A stretch of DNA of 64,000 bases from Octopus vulgaris (GCA_951406725.2 OX597814.1:171430001-171494000); one strand, 5' to 3'. Positions 26,354 to 42,158 are shown, counted from the stretch's first letter. Translations and numbers: made by a program. Notes: generated by a model from the sequence alone, not told the origin.

Positions 26354-26519
26354 GGAGAAAGAGTCTCTTGACAGACAGTTTTATACGTTTAACTACTCAT
26401 CAGAGAAGGGGAGAAAGAGTCTCTTGACAGACAGTTTTATACGTTTAACTACTCATCAGAGAAGGGAGAAAGAGTCTCTTGACAGACAGTTTTATACGTT
26501 TAACTACTCATCAGAGAAG
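26354..26519 (-). repeat. 3 x 55-bp perfect tandem repeat; each unit is an HHR-like motif
   Basis: Units 26354-26408, 26410-26464 and 26465-26519 are identical. Minus strand: cttct-CTGATGA-gta-gttaaacg-tat-AAAA-c-tgtct-GTC-aagag. Confidence 0.9.
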
Positions 26520-26886
26520 ACACATCCTGTTTCTTTCCTGAATCAATATGTGCAGAATATTCAGCTGTCATAGAAAGCACTCTTAAATTAATTTAGCACT
26601 ATCGTGGGTAGCTTGGTGTGCATATTCTTGTTTTTCATTTGAGCTCGTCACTAATTAAGCAATATATATTCATCCGCAACGGAGAGTGGATCAGAGGAAC
26701 TGATACAATTCCTTACTGTGCGGTATGTGTGTGTGTGTGTACGTGTGTGAGTGTGTGCGTGTGTATATATAAATATACGTATGCATGTATCTATATATAT
26801 ATATATATATATATATACATACACACATACATATATGTTATGGATTTCGATGTCTGTGGATACATATGTATATATATATATGTATA

Positions 26887-26926
<40 letters not shown>

Positions 26927-27090
26927 CACATACACAAGCACACACACAGACACAGGCACACACACACGCACGCACGCACGCACGCACATATACACACACA
27001 CGCACACATACACACACAGATACACCAACGCATACATATATATATACATATATATATATATATACTCACACTCAGTACTGTCATATATAC

Positions 27091-27135
<45 letters not shown>

Positions 27136-27390
27136 ACAACCTTGTACACCTTCCCACCCATTCAGAAATAGTTACATATTTTCGATGTTGATGTCGGCGT
27201 CGGTGATAATGTTGCTATTGTTGTTGATGTTGTTTTTGTTATTGGAACTGTAAGAGTATCCAAAGGAGAATCTACGTTAAATACTTGTAGTCTGACGTGT
27301 AGATAGCCATCATATTGGTGGAGAATTCAAGGAATTAACAGACATGCACCTCCACCCGTTCATAACAAGCGCACACACACGCACACACAC

Positions 27391-27435
<45 letters not shown>

Positions 27436-27573
27436 TATATACATATATACATACACACATACTGACTCAGACACACACACATATATACACAGATGTATGC
27501 TGGTATATGTTCATAGAATTACGCATAAAGCATACACACACTGAAATATGTGTACAAACATACGAACGAATTA

Positions 27574-27642
<69 letters not shown>

Positions 27643-27644
27643 GT

Positions 27645-27700
<56 letters not shown>

Positions 27701-27795
27701 GTATGTATATATATATATACATATATAGATATATATACATATATTTATATATATATACATATATATGTACATATATACATATGTATGTGTGTATC

Positions 27796-27826
<31 letters not shown>

Positions 27827-27920
27827 ATACATATATCACACACACACACCTACACACACGTATGTATGTATATATATGTATGAATGTATGTATTAATATG
27901 TGCGAATGTTTATGTATGTA

Positions 27921-27987
<67 letters not shown>

Positions 27988-28741
27988 CTACGTATTGGTA
28001 TATATGCATACTCATCTCATTTTCGCACACACACACATACCCACACATGCAGCCTAGTACGGTGGCACATACAAGCGCATAACCACATAAGGAAACACAT
28101 TGATAGACATCTTTGGTTTAATATCTCGTTCTTTTCCTTCTTCATTTCATTTCTCTTTCTTTATCTCCTTCACATCAAACACACGCACAACGCGCACACA
28201 TATACGCATGCACGCGCGCACGCGTGCATACACCTACGCGCGCGCAAGCTCGGCTGTTTAGCTTTCCCTATCACGTCCTATCTCTTTGTCCGTGTCTTTA
28301 TCTCTGTCTCTCGTCCTGTCTGCTTCTTGGCTCTCTCTCTCTCTCTGTCTCTCGTCCTGTCTGCTTCTTGGCTCTCTCTCTCTCTCACATGCACGCTCGT
28401 GCACACACACACACACACACGCTCAAACACACACGCACAAACACACACACAAACACACCTATTCAAACAAACACGTACGCATTCTGAGTTTTACTTCCTC
28501 ATGTCATCTCATCCTTCTATAATATTGAGAAAACATCTGTATCATGAATGGGATTTGAAATTTTGAAAAGAATATACAAAAATCGAATAGAACAGCTTCC
28601 CTTCAAGGAAGGCTGAAGGGATTCGCACTAAAATATAACTTGAAAAAAACCCCAAAAATAGAATGTAAGTTTGAGGAAGAACATGGCTGTGCGGTAAGTA
28701 ACTGCAAACAAAATGCACAAAGATACTACACGTTTGCATTA

Positions 28742-29254
28742 TCTATATATATAAAACTGTAGTTGTGTGAGTGTCTGTCCCCTTCGATTTAGATTCCTAA
28801 CTACTCCCACATTTTGCGGTGCAGTTTAACCAAATTCGGGTATCTTATAGTCGTGATTCATATCGAGCCTGTCTGGGTATTAGCGCGCGTCTACGATGAG
28901 TCTACGATTTTAAAAATAATTTAACATCATTTTTTATTCCATTTTAATGCATATTTTTTCGTGTGTCGATGGCGGCGGAGTTGGCGTCCATGGTTACACT
29001 TGCACCTGTTTGCTTCTCCCCCTTCTTCCCTCCCTCGTGAAGCTGTGGGGAAGGGAGTGTAAGGAAATCAACGTCGTAATGCGTTGTCAAGGAGACCAGC
29101 GTTCTTTTAGAACAACAACTTCATGGCTTGAAGACACCAAAACAGAAATGGCTAAGAAAGCCCGAATTGGCATCTATAAGGGAAGTTACTCTCTAAAAAT
29201 GCTTATATAGTTATTTCCCTTACAAACCCGAGCAACGCCGGGCGATACTGCTAG
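28742..29254 (+). mobile_element. Non-autonomous Helitron
   Basis: A|TCtatatatataaaac ... cccgagcaacgccggg-cgatactg-CTAG|T: canonical termini, subterminal hairpin and AT insertion site. Confidence 0.9.
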
Positions 29255-29259
29255 TGTTA

Positions 29260-29449
29260 TATATACAATAATAATAAAATACGTTAGCATATACATTTTT
29301 ACAAACCAAGGACGTTATATAGCCCTTCTTGACTCATGTTAGAGAAGGGGTGCGTATTATAAACAACATTTAGGTTTTTCAGAGATACAGCCCCCTAAAA
29401 ATCCCCAGCGTATTATACTCGAGGGCGGATTATACTCGAGGATTTACGG
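29260..29449. mobile_element. End of a pogo/Tc2-like DNA transposon
   Basis: 'gcgtattatactcgagggcggattatactcgaggatttacgg|TA': CCGTA-type TIR with repeated subterminal motifs. Confidence 0.65.
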
Positions 29450-29531
29450 TAATGCATGTAACTCCAACTAAATGTGTTGAGTGCCTTTTTTCTTTTGGTT
29501 CTTCACACAATCGCAAACATTTTTCTTTCTT

Positions 29532-29649
<118 letters not shown>

Positions 29650-29817
29650 CATCCATCCAAGCATCCAGTTTCCGTCTACCAAATCCAGTGACAATTCTTA
29701 TTCTTTGTGAGTCTAGTACTATTCTATCGATCTCTTTTCCCGAAATACTATGTTATGCGAAACATAGTAGGTGGGGAAAAACGCAGACAGAAACACGCAC
29801 ACACATATGAGTGTGTG

Positions 29818-29902
<85 letters not shown>

Positions 29903-29908
29903 ACACAT

Positions 29909-30313
29909 AGGCGCAGGAATGGCTGTGTGGTAAGTAGCTTGCTAACCAACCACATGGTTCCGGGTTCAGTCCCACTGCATGGTATCTTGGGCAAGTGTCT
30001 TCTACTATAGCTTCGGGCCCACCAAAGCCTTGTGAGTGGATTTGGTAGACGGAAACAGAAAGAAGCCCGTCGTATATATGTATATATATATGCATATATG
30101 TGTTTCTGTATCTGTGTTTGTCCCCCTAGCATTGCTTTACAACCAATGCTGGTGTGTTTACGTCCCCGTCACTTAGCGGTTCGGCAAAAAAGACCGATAG
30201 AATAAGTACTGGGCTACTAAAGAATAAGTCCCGGGGTCGAGTTGCTCGACTATAGGCGGTGCTCCAGCATGGCCGCAGTCAAATGACTGAAACAAGTAAA
30301 AGAGTAAAAGAGA
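29909..30313 (+). mobile_element. SINE family B, full length
   Basis: Highly similar to 25691-26103. Confidence 0.92.
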
Positions 30314-31041
30314 GTGTGGCGGTCTTTCAGTTTCCGTCAACCAAATCCACTGGCAAGTCCTTGGTCAGCTCAAGGCTATAGCAGAAGACACTTGTCCAAG
30401 ATGCCATTCAGTGAGACTGGACCCAGAACCCTGTGGTTGTGTAGGTTTCAGGCATTAACTGTGCAGCTTAGTACAGAGATTCCAAAGATCTATCCGCCAT
30501 AGCGAATACATCAAAATACAAAACAACTGAAATAAACTATGAAGGTAGCCTAACGATTAACTTCAAAACAATTTCAAATCTAGCGTTGATGATTGCATCC
30601 TTTTGAAATGATATTTCTGTTGCGGCCTATTATGAAGCCAGGTAGCAATGCTTTATTTTCATTATTTTATCCTGACGATATATGAAGTAATGTTTAAGAT
30701 ATAAACAGAATTATCATTGAAAAGACGAAACTTGTAATGGAATTTGGAACGCCATTTTACCAAACAAAACCTGAAAGTCTAATAAAGAAATATGGAAAAT
30801 CTTAAATAGTATCAAACAACAATAAAATGATGTCTTTACTGTAACATTTTTCAAAGAAATACTGTTTTTAAACCCCACCATTCACACACATACAGACACA
30901 TATACACATTGCTGATCAAGAGACGAGATGTCGCCTTGCTAAATTAGTCATGTCTCCCAAGAGTTATTGGTAAAACCCCTAACGCTTTTCATAGTCTCTG
31001 AGGGTTTTTTCTTTCTTCATATTTCACCCTCACTGCGTCAG

Positions 31042-31073
<32 letters not shown>

Positions 31074-31154
31074 TGTATGTATGTATGTATGTATGTATGT
31101 ATGTATGTATGTATGTATATGTTTATATACACATATACGTGTATATGTATGTAC

Positions 31155-31196
<42 letters not shown>

Positions 31197-31248
31197 GCAC
31201 ATATAAATATATTTATATGCATATAAACACATATATGTATACGTGTAC

Positions 31249-31315
<67 letters not shown>

Positions 31316-31725
31316 CATACAAATATATACATATATATATATGCACACACACACGCATATATATATATATATATATATAAAACAATGTACGCTTAGAGCC
31401 TCCGGTGAAGAGGAACATTCCAAATTATTACATAATATATATATATTCCCCCATCTCCTGTATTAGATCTCATTCCAACCAGCATTGCACCCTTCCAGTC
31501 GACAATCTCTGCACCACACCTAACAAGAAGCCATCTGTCTCGCCACTCTTCATTGCCGCAGTACTTCACATTATACGGATATAATTATGTGTATTAAATT
31601 CTTTTTCTGTACACACACATACACACACACACATATATATACACACACATAAACATATAATACATACATACACACATACAAACACATACACATATATATA
31701 CACGCATGCATGCATACATGTGTAT

Positions 31726-32160
31726 ATCTCTTATATAGAATCCGTTCTGCCTGTCTGTGTGTGTGTGTGTCTTCTCGGATCTCGGGCATCCTCCATCTGA
31801 TTGCGCTCAAATTTGATATGTAGATACCGACGGTATCAGGGCGTGTATAAGCCTTGAAAACATTACAAAAATCGATTTCAGGTGAGAATGCGATCGATAA
31901 AGCCGTTTTTGTCCTGCTTTTCTTCCGTCAACTTGTACATAACTGCACCTTCCATTTTTTGTTGCTTTTGTACTGCTTAAAGGCACGTTTCTTTCCTGCC
32001 AAGCTTTCTGTTTGAACCATGTTTGAGTTCTCCCAGTCAACAGCCTTATCATTACTGGTACTTTAAACTCTTCGTTTGCATATTTGTGTGAATAAAATGG
32101 TCTTTCTTTGGAACAGAAAAAAGTCTATCTTTATTTCTTCTTTTGCTGGTGTCTCAAATT
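31726..32160 (+). mobile_element. Probable Helitron 5' portion
   Basis: Starts 'tctcttatatagaatccgttctgcctgtctgtgtg...gcgctcaaatttgatatgtag', the typical 5' architecture of non-autonomous Helitrons. No 3' CTAG end seen. Confidence 0.45.
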
Positions 32161-32329
32161 TAGGTTAAATCAGTGTTTCTCAAATGGGGTGGGGGGGCTA
32201 TGGGACGGTTGGATAAGTTGTTTTGAGAAAATTTGGTTTAAACGTTTGGCAACTCAGCACCGTCCATTGGACGGGGGACGTTTTGCTCGTACTTATATAT
32301 ATGTTTATGTATATATAATATGTATGATG

Positions 32330-32612
32330 GATTCTCCCGTCGAAGCCCACGTGTGAGTGTTTAGCTTTTGCCGAACGACCTGCACAGATGATTTGTTTAT
32401 AGTGATCGAATGTCCGTGGCGCACGTTGGCTAACTCCCTCCATCAAATAGACGCTGTCTGAAAAGGTGCGCGGTGTATCACGCATCAGGTGTCCATGTAA
32501 CCGCAGAGTAATCTGATATGAAGTGTTTTGCTGATGAACACAACGCACTACCGGGTCTAAGAATTGAAATCACAATCTGGTGGGGCAACACCCTAACCAC
32601 AAGGCTATGCGT
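32330..32612 (-). mobile_element. tRNA-derived SINE (A-related head)
   Basis: Minus strand 'gcatagccttgtggttagggtgttg...atttcaattcttagaccc..tgttcatcagcaaaacacttcat'. Confidence 0.65.
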
Positions 32613-32993
32613 TCTCACACACATGCACATACACACAAACACACGCGCGTGTGTACGTACGTACGTACGTATGTATGTATGTATGTATGTATGTATGTAT
32701 GTATGTATGTATGTATGTATGTATTTACATGGACATGTGTTGGTGCCTGCGTTTTTGGTGCACGTAATTATCTCTAGAATCGTTGTATCATTCTCTGCCT
32801 TTCCCTTAAGATAACAGTTCGCCAGAAATCGACCCTTAGAATAAGTACAAGCATGGAAGCTTTGGTCGGCCCAAAGACATTTGCCCAAGGTGATACGCAG
32901 TAGGATTGAACCCGGAACCATGTGATTCGTAAGCAAGCTGCTTACCACACAGATACTCCTACGCCTATATATACATGTATGTATGCATGCGTG

Positions 32994-33026
<33 letters not shown>

Positions 33027-33342
33027 AGTCTAAGAAGTGAAATCAATTAGATGGACTAAAATATTCAAAACGGTATCCCAAGATGGCCGCCGTCCAATGT
33101 CTGAGAAAAAAGAAAGAAGTAAAGAATACACATATACATACTTATTGGTTGGCTGTAGCTCGATTTCGGACGGTGATATAGTTTCATAGTTCTTGTAAAA
33201 CAGGAAGGGTTTGCTTTGTCCTTTCTGCTAGTCACCTACATTTTTGCACAGACGTGGTTACGACCAGCAAAAGATTGCCGATCGTTATATAAGCATACAT
33301 GCATCTATATACATAAGTAGATACATATGCTATCTATCTATC

Positions 33343-33646
33343 GAGGTTACCGTGGTCTTTTCCGTAGGCTTTTCTTTCCACGGGTAAACCTCACCTGTCC
33401 TCCCCTTTACACTTCATATTGACATTTCTGTGATAACGATCCCTGTTGATAAAATTTTTTTTCCTTCCCCCCACCTTTTAAAAATTTTTTAAAAATTATA
33501 TCCCCCCCTTATTTTGTCCTCTTTCTTTCCATTTACGATCCCTTTTGATCGAAAACCAAACCCCCTTCTTTTACCCCCCAAAGAAAAGCTCTACTTTGTA
33601 ATTTTGTCCTGTCTGTGTGCAGCCCTGTGTAGCTAATAAAGAAACA
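33343..33646 (+). mobile_element. Tx1-like 3'UTR element inserted in (TATC)n
   Basis: Flanked on both sides by (TATC)n and ends 'agccctgtgtagctAATAAAgaaaca'. The first ~100 bp are identical to 57980. Confidence 0.7.
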
Positions 33647-33667
33647 TATCTATCTATCTATCTATCC

Positions 33668-33731
<64 letters not shown>

Positions 33732-33838
33732 GTCTATCTGTCTGTCTGTCTGTCTGTCTGTCTCTTTCTCTCTCACTTTCTCTCTCTCTCTCTATCGATC
33801 TGTCTGTCTGTTTGTATGTCTGTCTGTCTATCTGTTTG

Positions 33839-33887
<49 letters not shown>

Positions 33888-34118
33888 GTTGATATGATAG
33901 ATACGTAAGTTGACAGATATATTATAGGTCGGTATCCTTGTAGCTTCAGTCCTATGACCGAAATCGGTAAAAATAAAATAAAATCTACTTCTCTAACTCG
34001 CGCTCTCTCATTCCCCCTCACTGCCTCCGCTCCCTCCCTGCTCATCTTCCCTACATCTTCTCTCTGTGTATATGTGTATGCGCATGTGTGTTCACACAGA
34101 TACAAACATCGGCGAGCG

Positions 34119-34425
<307 letters not shown>

Positions 34426-34736
34426 TAAAGTTAGAAAAAAAAGATTTATAGACAGATAGACATTCAGAGAAGGAAAAGTAGAGAGAGAGAGAGACGTAGA
34501 TATAGAGACAGTTTAATAACTCTTATTCATGTACATCATGGATATTTACACTCGCCCAGTTATTTGTTCTTAAGCACTAAAGACGTATTTCTTTTCTGAA
34601 TTTCGCTCTTGGAATTTTGGAGACACTAGTCTGTCTGGAATGTAGTATTATCTCATATCACCACAGAGAATATCGCTTAGATTTTTCTTGCTGTGTCAAC
34701 TCCAACACACACACAAACACACATAGAAACAAACAA

Positions 34737-34767
<31 letters not shown>

Positions 34768-34826
34768 TACATATATTTCTCAACTTATATGTAAGCACAT
34801 ACATACATACACACATACATAATACA

Positions 34827-34860
<34 letters not shown>

Positions 34861-34981
34861 CATACATAAGTATACATATACAATTATATATATATATGCA
34901 TTACGTATATACATATATACATATGTGCACATATGTAGATGTATATATATATATATATATATCTATATCTATAGATGTGTA

Positions 34982-35014
<33 letters not shown>

Positions 35015-35245
35015 TTTTACGTATTTTGTTATGTGTAAGTATATATATATATATATATATATAGAGATTTATATATATATATGTATATGTATCTATAGAT
35101 GTGTATCTATATATATATACTTTTACGTATTTTGTAATGTGTTAGTATATATATATATGCATGTACACACTTCAGTAGCACATGCATACATATAAATGAC
35201 GAGCGTGCTAGGAGGATAGTGGTATTATGTAACATATATACATAC

Positions 35246-35279
<34 letters not shown>

Positions 35280-36022
35280 TCGTCTGTGTATTTGCGTGTG
35301 TGCGCGCGTGATTGTACGATTATATGGAGAGAGTAAATACATAACACCGGAAGCCTCCCACCTTTCCGTTTACTTCAAATTTCTAGTCGCAGGGGCAATC
35401 GTCAGATGAAATAGCAGTGGAAATGCTTAAAGTCTACGCAGAATTATCTTTGACATCCTGCACAGGGAGAAGGTGCGATGTGAACTTTCGATGTGTCCTA
35501 CATTATGCCAATGAGGTTCTATTTCATAGTTACCATTTATCATGTTGATGTGTTTTCTTATCAGTATATTAAATATTATCTATGTCTTTCAGTTTGCATT
35601 ATCCGTTTGTTTCGCTAATTTATATGTATATGCTTAACACGTAACAAATATATTTTGAGTACTCTCACTCAGACACAGACACATATTAAGACGCATAGAT
35701 ATATCTAAGTTTCGTGACTTGGTGATATATACATATTAATTTTAATATATTTATGGTTAGGACTGTTTTGGTAATTTAGACATTATATATATATACATAC
35801 ATATACATACACACATACATACAAACAAATATGTATGTATACACATATGTGTATGTATGTATGCATGTATGTATGTACATACGTACTATATCTTTAGATC
35901 ACTTGCCAGCAGATACATACACACATACACACACAAATGTATATGCACACACAATATATACGTATACGTAAGGATATACTTACATGAATACATACATATA
36001 CATAAAACTGTAGCTTTTATTC

Positions 36023-36070
<48 letters not shown>

Positions 36071-36103
36071 ACACATACACACGTATATGTGCATATGTGT
36101 ACG

Positions 36104-36134
<31 letters not shown>

Positions 36135-36177
36135 GTACACACATACACACACATATATATGTGTATATGTGTGCATA

Positions 36178-36219
<42 letters not shown>

Positions 36220-36270
36220 CATACATACATACATACATACAAACATACATACATATATATATACACACAC

Positions 36271-36309
<39 letters not shown>

Positions 36310-36311
<2 letters not shown>

Positions 36312-37590
36312 GATAGAAATGGGTAGATTCCAAGTTTCGTATGTATCTTAGCTAGCTGACCCTCTGATGTAATAATTACTCAACGGTGTCGGGAGCACTG
36401 TGCTAAGGTGTTCGTCCGGCCGAGAATACCTTAATTACATGAAAGTTACATTGTCGCTTGGGATTCCCAAATTAACTCACCGTTGTTGTAAGTAACATTC
36501 ACACGTAACTAGATTCATTTCTCGTTGTTGGTGTTTAAATAAACTGTGTGGGTATTTGTACACTTTGCCAAGAGTCTCTGTGTTACGAAACGAATAATTT
36601 CCTTTGTAAGCACCAGGATTTTGAAATTACTGAATGAAATGAATTGTAACCTCCCAGAAATCCACAAAGAGTATTGTAGTATTTAGAAACTGGTTTCGTA
36701 TAATTGAGAGTATATAAGTTATGTTCCGTGCTTGAGAGCGAAGACTGTACAAGTTTCGAGGACTGTACATGATTTAAAAGTGTTAACCTTTTGGAATGAA
36801 TGAATTGCTGCCAATGGCGGAATTTGAATTCGTTGGAGGTTAATCCGATATAGTTACTTTCAGGGGAGTTTGTCGTTACTCTTGTGGTGGTAGTTTGGCT
36901 GTGCTTTGTGGTTGATCTTCAGAAACATCCCAGAGAATCTGGAGCGTTTAGGATACCCCAGTTGTGAAAATGGAGCGATATTTTGTATGAATGGGAAGAG
37001 TTTTCTTGTAACTAATTTTAAGAAAGATTTCGTTATTTTTTTTTACCTACTTATATGGTGAAAAGGAAAGTATACCACATAGTTTCTCTTGTTCTGATTT
37101 TAGGTCAGGAGTTGTATCGGTTGCTATGTAGAGAGTATTTTGACTTTCTAATCGCAGTTTTAAGGTATCAATGCTTATGTGGGCGCTTCTATTTATACGA
37201 GTTTCATTGTATGAGAGCCTGAGTAAGAGAAGCGAAATATATTTGCGTAAATTTTCAATGGTCGCAGGTTTGTGGTTCGGCTAGGCATGTATTCATTGTA
37301 GGTATTTCTTTGTTTTCTTTTTATATAAGTAAAAAATTGGGAGAATATAAGGTTCAAAGTGACGAGTAAGAAGGTTAAATTTTAATGGTGAGTTGAAGGT
37401 GAAATATATGTGGAATTGGTTGACTGTGCAAGGATGTGATTTTTTTTTGAAATCTGGGTATTTGAGAATTAGGAAACCGTCTTCTCGTTAATGAGATACC
37501 TTAATGAATAAAAACCTAGCGTATATTTAGATAAGAATAGCTCGGGAAGGTCACTAACACCGGCTGGGCGTGGACATTTTTGTCAGCCAA
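36310..37590 (-). mobile_element. Degenerate Penelope-like element with decayed terminal HHR
   Basis: Minus strand 'REDGFLI' (RT YRDD-like), 'MWY..GKK..FLKLV..HTKYRSIFT' and 'ESNYIGLTSNEFKFRH' (GIY-YIG). Downstream lies ggacga..cttagc/gctaag..GAAAC, then (TA)n. Confidence 0.8.
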
Positions 37591-37599
37591 ATACTGTTA

Positions 37600-37900
37600 C
37601 CTATATACCTATATACGTGTGTGATGTATAAAATTGCATGTAGTAAATATAACGAATCCTACATCGGAAGTATCATCAATACATATGCGGGGTAAGAACA
37701 ACTCTGTGTTAATGCTTCTTCCATCAAAATATATCACTCGAAATTCCATACCTAAAACAACCAGGTTTGCACCATTGTGTCATTCGCAACATCGGCTCAC
37801 ACATTAACAACAGAACTGAGCTGTACGCAGCTGATTTGGCTACTACAGCAATGCAAAGCAACCCTTCATATACATACACTACAGAATATTACAAGGCTGC
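37600..37900 (+). mobile_element. Penelope-like GIY-YIG fragment
   Basis: 'YKIACSKYNESYIGS...RVRTTL' matches the GIY-YIG N-terminal motif. Confidence 0.55.
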
Positions 37901-38296
37901 TCCCAAGATTTCTTGAAGAAGAAGCCCTATAACGAAAATTTGAAATATAAAATAAAAGAATAAATTATCGACTTGCATGATTTTTCATAACTCGCATTGT
38001 TTTGATTTTTAAAAAAATTGAAAAAAACATATATCAGTGCAATTTTAACTCACCAGTCTTTGGAGGGTCAGAATTGGTCTAACAGTGTAAAAGATTATAT
38101 TGAATGATTCCCTGCGGTTAGGGTTTGGCCTGAATTTTAAAAGCTAGAAGTTTTACCTTTGCTCTCATGTCCGGAAATACATCTTAGCCATCTGGTCTGT
38201 TCCATCCTAACACTAAATGTTGGCAGTTCCCTAATTACTGATCGTCTCACTATAAGTAATTCTTTTATGCTCTCGTTTCTCAACACTGACACACAT

Positions 38297-38351
<55 letters not shown>

Positions 38352-38771
38352 TATACGTATGATTTGCAAAACACTCCTTTCCCATCTCTTATATTTCTCA
38401 CTCTCAATCCCACCCTTACCTCTTATTCCTTTCACGGTTATACCGAATATGAGACATTTATCCCTTTTCTATTGAAGTGCCGAGAAATGGCTTAAAACAG
38501 ATAAATATAATGTATTTAAGAGCAGCCTTGTGTATTTTGACTGTACTTGCCCCAGTCCATAAGTTTCATTTCGTTCTTACTCATCAATATCTCTGCGACC
38601 CATATACGAGCCGTAATGATTTCAAACTTCCATTATGGAGGCGGGTCTATAATCGTATATGCAGTCGAGTCTGATGATTGTTAATTTGCTGTTCCACGCA
38701 TTTGAAAGTTCACCAACATGAAACCGTTCGTTAAATGGAAATGGGTTAAATGAAACAAATTTATAATACTG

Positions 38772-38864
<93 letters not shown>

Positions 38865-38932
38865 CGTGTGTGTATGTATGTGTGTGTATGCATATACGAT
38901 TATGTGTATACGTGTATATATATATACTTATA

Positions 38933-38975
<43 letters not shown>

Positions 38976-39659
38976 GTATGCACATACACATATATGTACA
39001 TATATGTATAAATATATTTGTATGAATATATATATATATACACACACACAAACATACATATACGTATACGCACATATATATGCATACTTATACGTTTATA
39101 TATATACTTGTTTGTGTGCATGAATATGCATATACACATCCAAAAACATACACACATATTTCAGAATGTTTGCATTCATGCATATACTTATATGAAATAT
39201 TATATGTATCGTTGGTTTGTGTTTGTGTTTGATTTAGTCTAAGCATTGATAATTTGTTTATTGGCATGCGTATATATGTGCGTATATCTATGTGCATTCT
39301 TCGTGTGTATGTGTGTAATCACACGCGCGTTCGTGTATGTATGGTTGTTTTGTCATGCGTATTCGTTGTAAGTATATTTCGGTGTGTTTACGCTTGCATG
39401 CATGTAAGTATATATTTGTGTGATGTATGCGCTTTCCCGTTGTTGCTCTATGTGTACTTATGGCTGGCAGTGTGTGTTTGTGTGTATAGTGTTCATATGA
39501 TTGTTGCACGGGTTAGCATATATTTTACACAAACACCGAGCAAATATAGGGATCATCGCTGTTGACCTTCTCTTGTCACAAGGCTGAGCTGGAGAGAGTG
39601 TTTCAACGTATCGGTAAATCAAGAAATGAATCTGGATTAGATATCGGCTTCTGTACAAT

Positions 39660-39986
39660 GAATGTGTTATAGAGATAGAGAGGGTGGATAGAGTATGCGA
39701 AACGAGAGATAGAGAGAGAGAGAGAGAGGGGGGGAGGACGAGGGAGAGACAGAGACAGACACAGAGAGGGAAGGTGTAAGACGAGGGAGGGAGAAACATA
39801 GATAAATGCAGAGAGAGAGAGAGTGAAAACGATAGGGAGAGAGTATAGTGGGGGGGAAAACGGTGGAAATAAAATAGAGGGTTGATAATGGTAGGATGGA
39901 AGGTGATTGTGTTTCGAGAGAAATACAGGCGAAAGCGTGTGTGTTAAGAGAGAGAGACAGAAAGAGATAGAGAGAAAGCGATAGTG

Positions 39987-40051
<65 letters not shown>

Positions 40052-40560
40052 ATATATATATAGATAGATAGAGAGAGAGAGCGGAAGAGATAGAGAGACA
40101 GAGACAGAGTAGGTGGGAAAGATATAGACATGGTGATCGAGAGAGGGAGAGAGAGGATAGAATTAAAGCCAGTATATGGAGATAGAAAGCAGAGGATGGA
40201 GTGAATGAGTTGTAGAGATAGATAGGAAACAGACGTGCGGAGAGTATGAAAGGAAGACATAGAAAGAAAAACTGATAGAGATAGTGAAGGAACTGATAGA
40301 TAGAAATAGGCGTCGATGGTGGTGGCGATAGAGAGAAAACAAGAAAAACCAAGGAGGACAAAGCATGTATTAGGGTGATATAGAAAGAAAAGAGCGGGAA
40401 AAAGCGAAAGCAAGAGAAAGATAGGAAGAATCAAATAGAGACAGGAACGGTTGAGCGAAGCTGGTGGAGGTAGCTTTAGTGGTAGATAGATGGTGAAGGG
40501 AGAGGCGGATGGAAAGGGGAGAGAATTATGAATGACGAGTAAATAAAGTCTGAAGAGTGA
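39660..40560. repeat. Purine-rich (GA)n-derived low-complexity tract
   Basis: Directly visible. Confidence 0.9.
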
Positions 40561-41317
40561 TGGCAGTCAGGAAGTTCGGTAGCCAAGAGAAGAAACCTTT
40601 TGACCCGTTAAGAAATACTTAAATTGTTATTGAAGCAAAAATCAACAACAAACGACAACAAGCACAGGAACTTGAGATGTTTGAAAGGTTTTTCTCTCCA
40701 GGAATATTGTGAAGATAACTTACGTGTGTTATTATGTGTGTGTGTGTATGTATGTATGCACGTATGTATGTATGTATGTATGTATGTATGTATGTATGTA
40801 TGTATGTATGTATGTATGTATGTATATACGTATACATGTATGTACGTATGTATGTAAATATGTATGTATGTATGTACGTATGTATGTACGTATGTATGTA
40901 TATATGTACGTATGTATGTATGTATGTATATATGTATGTACGTATGTATGTACGTACGTATGTATGTATGTATGTATTATGTATGTATGTATATACGTAT
41001 ATATGTATGTACGTATGTATGTATGTATGCATGTATTCCGTACGTATGTATGTGTTGTATGTATATACGTATATACGCACGTATACATATATGTCGATGA
41101 ATGCATATATTCATGTATATGTATATATATATATTGCAATATATATATGAATATGTGTGTGTCCATACATATACATTATATATATGTGTGTGTGTGTGTG
41201 TGCGTGTATGTGCGTGCGTGTGTGTGTGTGTGAGTGTGTGTACATATCTATATATGCTTATACGTACTACGTACCTATGTATCTTATGTATTATGTATAT
41301 ATCTCTCTCTTTCTATC

Positions 41318-41370
<53 letters not shown>

Positions 41371-41659
41371 CCATACACACGTACCTATATATATATTTGC
41401 AAACATGTATTCACACATACATACATACATACATATATGTAGTCAGTCATCTCCACCACCTCACACATACACACACACACGCGCACCCCCCCCACACACA
41501 CACAGACACACGCGTACACGCAAACGCGGAGCGTTGATATCCGTTTAGCTGACTTTTGCTTTTGTTATTCTGTTTTGATTAAGAAGGCTCTCAGAATGTA
41601 AATCAAACATTTGGGTCACCCATCCTCATTATCCGACCAGCAGCTATAATAAGAACAAT

Positions 41660-41985
<326 letters not shown>

Positions 41986-42022
41986 GATGATGATGATAAG
42001 GATAATAATAATAATAATAATA

Positions 42023-42055
<33 letters not shown>

Positions 42056-42087
42056 ATGATGATGATAATAAAAATGATGATAATAAA

Positions 42088-42154
<67 letters not shown>

Positions 42155-42158
<4 letters not shown>

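Noticed and set aside
26354-26519. CRISPR-like array
   Set aside because: The units are contiguous with no unique spacers, there are no cas genes, and the context is eukaryotic.
31400-31430. gtgaagagg-aacatt-cc-aaat as an HHR
   Set aside because: Both core halves are mutated and there is no stem I or III.
35385-35435. 'SDEIAVEMLK' RTE-RT-like peptide
   Set aside because: Too short and isolated to annotate confidently.
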